64,000 nt of DNA, from the IMG/VR virus record IMGVR_UViG_3300022752_000055, positions 8,127-72,126 of that record; one strand, given 5' to 3'. How positions within the stretch are numbered: the stretch's first letter is position 1; every line of letters begins with the position of its first letter. The notes below the pieces were generated by a model. It searched no databases. It was not told where the DNA came from and was given only the letters and a program-made list of their open reading frames with translations. Positions 58,637-64,000 of this stretch are shown here, one piece after another. The position numbers were made by a program, and so were the translations under genes. This stretch comes from a virus.

Positions 58637-59986
58637 ATGAAAGAACTAATAAAACTTTTAATTCTAACAATTTTCTTAACAGGAAATTTAAACGCTCAGG
58701 TAACAAATTTGGGCGAAAACGTAAACTCAATATATGATGAGATAAGACCGCTCGTATCTGCGGATGGAAAGACCTTATTCTTTATTGTTGAGGGGAATCC
58801 ATTAAACCCATATAAAGACGGTCAAGACGTTTGGTTTAGTGAAAAAACTGATTCCGGAAAATGGGGAAAATCGGTGAGACTCCCAAACAATATAAATAGG
58901 GATAGATACAACGCCATATTTTGGTGTTCTCAAAATGGCGATAAATTATTAATTAAAGGTAATTATGATGCCCTAAATGGAAAAATAAAGAGAGGATTTT
59001 CAATGATTTATAAAACCAACAATGGTTGGTCTAAACCAAAACCTTTAATTATAAATGATTATTCTCAAATTTCAAAAGGAGAATATTGTGGCGTTACATT
59101 ATCTCCGGATGAGAAAGTAATGATTTTATATTTTTCAAATGAAAAAAATGATGTCTACAATGATTTATGGGTTAGTTTTTTAGACACAACAAAAATGGTT
59201 TATTCGACACCCGTTAAATTATCAATTAGCGAAGATGATTGTGATGAGATTAGTCCTTATATCGCGCAAGATGGTAAAACACTATACTACTCAACAAATA
59301 ATTTAAATGGTTTAGGTAAATATGATATTTGGATGACTAGAAGATTAGACGATACTTGGTTGGAGTGGTCGACACCCGTAAACATTGACACTCCATTTAA
59401 TGGCCCTCAATGGGATGCATATCTATCAATTAGTAATGATAGAAAAACCGCATACTTTTCACGTTCAACCGGAAAAAACATAGACATTTATAGTGATACA
59501 TTAAAATTTGAATTTAGACCGGAAGAAACAAAAGAAGAATACATAACATCTATTAAAGATACAACGTTTATTCACGACACAATAATAGTTACAAATATTG
59601 AACCGTGTGATGAAATTGATACAATGAGTAACGAACAATTAATAAGAGAAATTGAAAGAACTAAGATATTATTTGATTTTGGAAACTCAGCACTAAGAAG
59701 TGATGCTTATAAAAAATTAGATTATGTTGTTAGATTATTAAATAAAAATCCTAATATGTTTATTGAATTAAACGGTCACTCCGATGCAATCGGTAACCCT
59801 GAAAGGAATTTAAAACAATCAAAACAGAGAGCATTGTCCGCAAAAGAATATCTTATTTCAAGAGGTATTGATAATAGTAGAATGACTGCAAAAGGTTATT
59901 CAAATACTAAACCAATCGTAGATAATATGAGTGAAGAAGGTAGACAATTAAATAGAAGAGTAGACATTAACGTTTTAACAAAATAA
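58637..59986 (+). CDS. PD40 beta-propeller plus OmpA-like peptidoglycan-binding protein (PorE-like architecture)
   Basis: Signal peptide; P..S.DGKTL repeats; FDFG..GHSD..N..S..RA..LNRRV. Confidence 0.85.
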   Translation: MKELIKLLILTIFLTGNLNAQVTNLGENVNSIYDEIRPLVSADGKTLFFIVEGNPLNPYKDGQDVWFSEKTDSGKWGKSVRLPNNINRDRYNAIFWCSQNGDKLLIKGNYDALNGKIKRGFSMIYKTNNGWSKPKPLIINDYSQISKGEYCGVTLSPDEKVMILYFSNEKNDVYNDLWVSFLDTTKMVYSTPVKLSISEDDCDEISPYIAQDGKTLYYSTNNLNGLGKYDIWMTRRLDDTWLEWSTPVNIDTPFNGPQWDAYLSISNDRKTAYFSRSTGKNIDIYSDTLKFEFRPEETKEEYITSIKDTTFIHDTIIVTNIEPCDEIDTMSNEQLIREIERTKILFDFGNSALRSDAYKKLDYVVRLLNKNPNMFIELNGHSDAIGNPERNLKQSKQRALSAKEYLISRGIDNSRMTAKGYSNTKPIVDNMSEEGRQLNRRVDINVLTK

Positions 59987-59990
59987 AATT

Positions 59991-60245
59991 ATGGAAAATA
60001 AAAAAACAAACGAGACACCACCATTTGTTAGTGATGACTTTCAAATAGGCCCTAATGGAGCATTTGAAATGTTTGATATTGATAAAGAAAAATTATACAA
60101 ACTCTATATGGAGTGGGTAGATGATGTTACGGAAGAATGTGATTGGAAAACTCACTTTGAGGCTAAGGAGATTGTATATGCAATTGCAAAAATCTTGGAA
60201 ACAAACCCTGAATTAATTTACAATGACACCACAAGAGGCTTATAA
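59991..60245 (+). CDS. hypothetical protein
   Basis: 84-aa ORF. Confidence 0.7.
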   Translation: MENKKTNETPPFVSDDFQIGPNGAFEMFDIDKEKLYKLYMEWVDDVTEECDWKTHFEAKEIVYAIAKILETNPELIYNDTTRGL

Positions 60246-60429
60246 AAACTATTATAGATACTGTAGAGATACGGAAACTTGGACTTCTGATTTTATTAGA
60301 TATAATCTCAAGAAGAGTTGGATTGACTATGAGGAGTTTAATTTTCAGGAGTTCAAGGATAAGATATTAACTGATGATAAGTTTAATGAGCGGTGGGGTA
60401 ATGGTTGCAGAGAAGAATTAAAAAAATAA
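60223..60429 (+). CDS. hypothetical protein, tandem duplicate A
   Basis: Near-identical C-terminus to 60433..60636. Confidence 0.75.
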   Translation: MTPQEAYKNYYRYCRDTETWTSDFIRYNLKKSWIDYEEFNFQEFKDKILTDDKFNERWGNGCREELKK

Positions 60430-60432
60430 ATT

Positions 60433-60636
60433 ATGACACCAAAAGATGCGTACCAACTCTATCGGAGTTATTATTATAATAATCAATGGAAGTGGGATGA
60501 TGTTAGTTATTACCTAAAAAATACCCTCATTGACTATGAGGAATACAACTTTGATGAGTTCAAGGATAAGATATTAACCGATGATAAGTTTAATGACCGG
60601 TGGGGTAATGGATGCAGGGAAGAGTTAAAAAAATAA
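60433..60636 (+). CDS. hypothetical protein, tandem duplicate B
   Basis: EFKDKILTDDKFN.RWGNGCREELKK shared with duplicate A. Confidence 0.75.
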   Translation: MTPKDAYQLYRSYYYNNQWKWDDVSYYLKNTLIDYEEYNFDEFKDKILTDDKFNDRWGNGCREELKK

Positions 60637-60821
60637 GTTATGATTAAATTTATTAAAAAATTATATAAAAAGTGGGATGATTGGGAAAATGAAGAAATAA
60701 CAATCAATCTTGGTTATGATTACATTACAACCAATAATTGTACGGTACAACTTTTTATATTAGTTATTTTACTAATCATAATAATTTATAATTGGATATA
60801 ACAATAAAACAATAAAAAGCT

Positions 60822-61025
60822 ATGGATAAAAGAGACCAAATAGAATCATTACTTAATATGGAAGACCCAATAACAAAAAGAAATTATATGTCTTGGGATA
60901 AGGGAGATTGTTCAGTAGTAGGTTTATGTGAAATACTATTATCGCAAATTATTAGAGAACATAAACAAGAAAATGGTGAGTGGTATAACACTGATTATGA
61001 TGAAATAAAATTAAGATATGATTAA
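60822..61025 (+). CDS. hypothetical protein
   Basis: 67-aa ORF. Confidence 0.6.
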   Translation: MDKRDQIESLLNMEDPITKRNYMSWDKGDCSVVGLCEILLSQIIREHKQENGEWYNTDYDEIKLRYD

Positions 61026-61338
61026 TAGTAGAGTAATAACACAATTCCAATTCCCCAAGGAACTGATAGACGAACAAAAACATATAATGGGTGAGGAACA
61101 ACTTTCCGCAATATTAAACAAACAGCTCATAGAAAGATTTGTGAATGAGATGTTGTCTACCCGTTTACAGGATATAAAAACAGAAGAAGTTATTGACTCC
61201 GATGGCAAGTCAACTTTACAAATGAAAATGAATCTATACATCTTTAATAAAGAGGAACTTACCAAGTTAATTGAAGATGTGGAGAAGCGTGTAATCTTAA
61301 ATAACTTTATTGAATCAGTTGAAAATAAAAAATTATGA
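61018..61338 (+). CDS. hypothetical protein
   Basis: Coupled to thyA by an ATGA overlap. Confidence 0.7.
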   Translation: MINSRVITQFQFPKELIDEQKHIMGEEQLSAILNKQLIERFVNEMLSTRLQDIKTEEVIDSDGKSTLQMKMNLYIFNKEELTKLIEDVEKRVILNNFIESVENKKL

Positions 61339-62384
61339 ATATAGACAAACAATATCAAAAACTACTTCAGGATATAATCCACAATGGAGTTGAGAAGAAA
61401 GACAGAACTGGTACAGGAACCATAAGTGTTTTCGGTAGACAAATCCGCCACAAAATGAGTGAGGGATTTCCGTTGATTACCACCAAAAAAATGGCGTTTA
61501 AAACTATGGTGACAGAACTACTATGGTTCTTGCGTGGTGATACATCTATCAAATATCTTGTTGATAATGGATGTCATATCTGGGATGGTGATGCTTATAA
61601 GAACTTTGAGAAACAATGTGTTACTGGAACAGGAAAGAAAATGACGCAGGAAGAATTTATCAACTTTATTAAAACCGATGATGAGTTTGCTAAGAAGTGG
61701 GGGTCACTCGGAAAAATTTATGGGTTTCAGTGGCGTAATTGGGGTAAAGATTTCAAACAAATACCAAACGAAACTGGTGATAAAGTTTATGATATCACAA
61801 CAACGGGAATAGACCAAATCGCAAACCTAATCTCTGAACTCAAAACAAATCCTGACTCAAGACGATTACTTGTGTCAGCGTGGAATGTGGAGGATGTTGA
61901 AAGTGGTAGTATGGTACTTCCACCCTGTCATTATGGATTTCAAGTATATACAAGAGAGTTGAGTGAAAGTGAAAGATATGATTTATGTGCTGCACAGAAA
62001 AGCAAGATGACCGCAATATCAGAAGAAGATTACATTAAATATAATATCCCAACCAGAGCAATCTCTTTAATGTGGAATCAACGCAGTTGCGATTTTCCGC
62101 TTGGGATTCCCGCAAACATAATGTCATATGCATTATTATTAACGATGTTTGCTAAACAACTTAATATGGTTCCTGATGAACTAATTGGAAATTTGGGTGA
62201 CTGTCACATATATTTAAACCAAATTGAAGGAGTTAAAGAACAATTAACAAGAGAACCATACGAGTTACCAACAGTAAAATTATTGGATAGGGTTGTAAAT
62301 GATATTTCAGAATATACTTTGAATGATATTATTTTAGAGAATTATCAGTCACACCCAAAAATATATTTTCCATTATCTAATTAA
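61335..62384 (+). CDS. thyA: thymidylate synthase
   Basis: DRTGTGT, ELLWFL, YGFQWR, SRRL, LPPCH, QRSCD..LG.P.N, GDCHIY. Confidence 0.97.
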   Translation: MNIDKQYQKLLQDIIHNGVEKKDRTGTGTISVFGRQIRHKMSEGFPLITTKKMAFKTMVTELLWFLRGDTSIKYLVDNGCHIWDGDAYKNFEKQCVTGTGKKMTQEEFINFIKTDDEFAKKWGSLGKIYGFQWRNWGKDFKQIPNETGDKVYDITTTGIDQIANLISELKTNPDSRRLLVSAWNVEDVESGSMVLPPCHYGFQVYTRELSESERYDLCAAQKSKMTAISEEDYIKYNIPTRAISLMWNQRSCDFPLGIPANIMSYALLLTMFAKQLNMVPDELIGNLGDCHIYLNQIEGVKEQLTREPYELPTVKLLDRVVNDISEYTLNDIILENYQSHPKIYFPLSN

Positions 62385-62444
62385 TTTTAGGTATGGACTT
62401 TAACTTTTCTTATTATGAAGATATTTATAATAAAGAAAAAGTTT

Positions 62445-63386
62445 ATGATTGGAATATATAGAATTAAAAACAAGTTAAATGATAAGTGTTATTATGGTTC
62501 GTCAAAAAATATAGAAAAAAGATGGAAAACACACTTAAATCAATTAAGAAATAAAAAACATATAAACTGTATTTTGCAAAATGCTTGGAATAAATATGGT
62601 GAAGATAGTTTTATTTTTGAAATTGTTGAAGAATGTGAATTAGAAAATTTATTTGATACCGAACAAAAATATCTAGATACTTGTGGTGATTATAACATTG
62701 GGTTGAAAGCCAGCGGAGGTGATAATATAAGTAAAAACCCAAATAAAAATATAATAGTTGAGAATATAAGAAAAGGTAGTAAAATTTGGAGAGATAGTTT
62801 ATCCGATGAAGAAAGAAAAGAAAGATTTTCAAAACCTTTAGATAGAAATCCAAATTGGAGGGGAGGTAGTTCTTTTATATATTGTGACTGTGGAAAAAGA
62901 ATTGGTTACGGTCACACTCATTGTCAAAAATGTAGACCAAGAAACGGTGAAAATAATCCATTTTTCGGTAAAAAACATTCTCAAGAATTTTTACTTAAAC
63001 TTAAAGAAAAAATGATTGGTAACATACCACAAAATAGATTACCTGTAATAATAAATGATATTGAATATGAAAGTTATAAAAACGCTTCCGAAAAATTAAA
63101 TATACCTTTAACCACTATTAGATGGAGGGTTAGAAGTAAAAATCCAAAATATAAAAACTATTACTATAAAGGAGAAGAAAAAATATTTTATTCAAAAGAA
63201 GAACAGAAAGAAAGAATTAGTAACCCACAAAAAGGAAAACAAACAAAATTTAATAAACCATTTTTAATTGATGATTTTGAATATAGAACATTGAAAGATG
63301 CGAGTGAAAAATTAAACATTCATCCTATGACAATTAAAGGAAGATTAAAATCATCAAAATTTGACAATTACAAATATATAGATTAA
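62445..63386 (+). CDS. free-standing GIY-YIG homing endonuclease with NUMOD3 and HTH repeats
   Basis: GIYRIKN..YYGSS..RW..H; NPFFGKKHS; two YES..ASEKLNI repeats. Confidence 0.9.
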   Translation: MIGIYRIKNKLNDKCYYGSSKNIEKRWKTHLNQLRNKKHINCILQNAWNKYGEDSFIFEIVEECELENLFDTEQKYLDTCGDYNIGLKASGGDNISKNPNKNIIVENIRKGSKIWRDSLSDEERKERFSKPLDRNPNWRGGSSFIYCDCGKRIGYGHTHCQKCRPRNGENNPFFGKKHSQEFLLKLKEKMIGNIPQNRLPVIINDIEYESYKNASEKLNIPLTTIRWRVRSKNPKYKNYYYKGEEKIFYSKEEQKERISNPQKGKQTKFNKPFLIDDFEYRTLKDASEKLNIHPMTIKGRLKSSKFDNYKYID

Positions 63387-63389
63387 CCA

Positions 63390-63740
63390 ATGGAAATTAA
63401 AAAAATTACATATAATGATGTTGAGGATGAGTTTAAAGAACTCAAACCTGACCTATTAGATAAACACGCCACTTACTACGGATGTTTAATTAAAAATGAA
63501 TTGGTTGGTGTTGTTTCTTATGTGGAACACGAATCTGTAATTTACTTATGTCATGCGTATGTTAAAGAAGAACACAGAAATAAAGGTATATATAAACTCT
63601 TATGGAACTACCGGGACTCAAAGATAAAAGACACAGATAAAACAGTATACGCCCACTGCAATGTTGATAGCCTAAAACATTTTATAAATAATGGTTATAC
63701 AATAGAGAAGGGATTATTCAAAGTAGTTAAAATAAAATAA
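63390..63740 (+). CDS. GNAT acetyltransferase
   Basis: AYV..EHRNKGIY..L..F..NGY. Confidence 0.8.
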   Translation: MEIKKITYNDVEDEFKELKPDLLDKHATYYGCLIKNELVGVVSYVEHESVIYLCHAYVKEEHRNKGIYKLLWNYRDSKIKDTDKTVYAHCNVDSLKHFINNGYTIEKGLFKVVKIK

Positions 63741-63743
63741 AAA

Positions 63744-63938
63744 ATGGAAAACAATAAAATTGGTTCGGATATTGAACCGGAAGATAAAGTTTGTTATAAT
63801 TGTGAACACCTTGCTTGGTTGGTTGGAATAGGACAGGGATTAAGGTGTTTAAACCCAAATAAAAAAAAGAAAAATGAAATGATTCCAAGTAGCAAACATA
63901 CTTGCGAGTTATTTAACCCTAAATCAAAAAAAATATAA
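63744..63938 (+). CDS. small Cys-rich protein
   Basis: CYNC..C.N..C motif. Confidence 0.65.
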   Translation: MENNKIGSDIEPEDKVCYNCEHLAWLVGIGQGLRCLNPNKKKKNEMIPSSKHTCELFNPKSKKI

Positions 63939-63941
63939 ATT

Positions 63942-64000
63942 ATGAAGTATCTATTAATTTTATTCCTATCAGTTTTATTGTTTTCTTGTAAAAAAAACAG
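63942..64000 (+). CDS. lipoprotein, 5' fragment
   Basis: MKYLLILFLSVLLFS-CKK lipobox; runs off the window. Confidence 0.6.
   Translation, partial: MKYLLILFLSVLLFSCKKN

Noticed and set aside
61335-62384. Group I intron in thyA
   Set aside because: The ORF is continuous with all motifs, and the endonuclease lies after the stop.
1-64000. Genome-wide TAG reassignment (genetic code 15)
   Set aside because: Long conserved genes are uninterrupted under code 11, and TAG ends plausible genes (2043, 44657). Only the array junction hints at readthrough.

Overview
AT-rich, gene-dense segment of a large T4-like or jumbo phage genome. The host is probably a Bacteroidota bacterium: there are TAnnTTTG promoters, a Bacteroidota-style ClpP, lipoproteins and a T9SS C-terminal sorting domain. 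Recognisable genes include clpP, thyA, a GH19 endolysin, a DNA methyltransferase, three free-standing homing endonucleases, RNA-repair-type enzymes, three canonical tRNAs and one aberrant tRNA. About 35 ORFs share short N-terminal leaders (MKYIITE, RLTEsdL or NLQEnIrr.LKE) and often sit behind a TATTTAT motif, which suggests a large family of capsid-targeted cargo proteins. A DnaA-box-rich region at about 40.9-43.5 kb is a candidate origin. The most unusual element is at 28594-29220: ten degenerate 36-nt repeats with mostly 30-nt unique spacers, the geometry of a type VI-B CRISPR array. Its first repeat is the coding 3' end of a phage gene and the whole array stays in frame, so it looks like a translated CRISPR-like array that could rewrite a protein C-terminus. 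All family assignments come from motifs recognised by eye; no searches were run.
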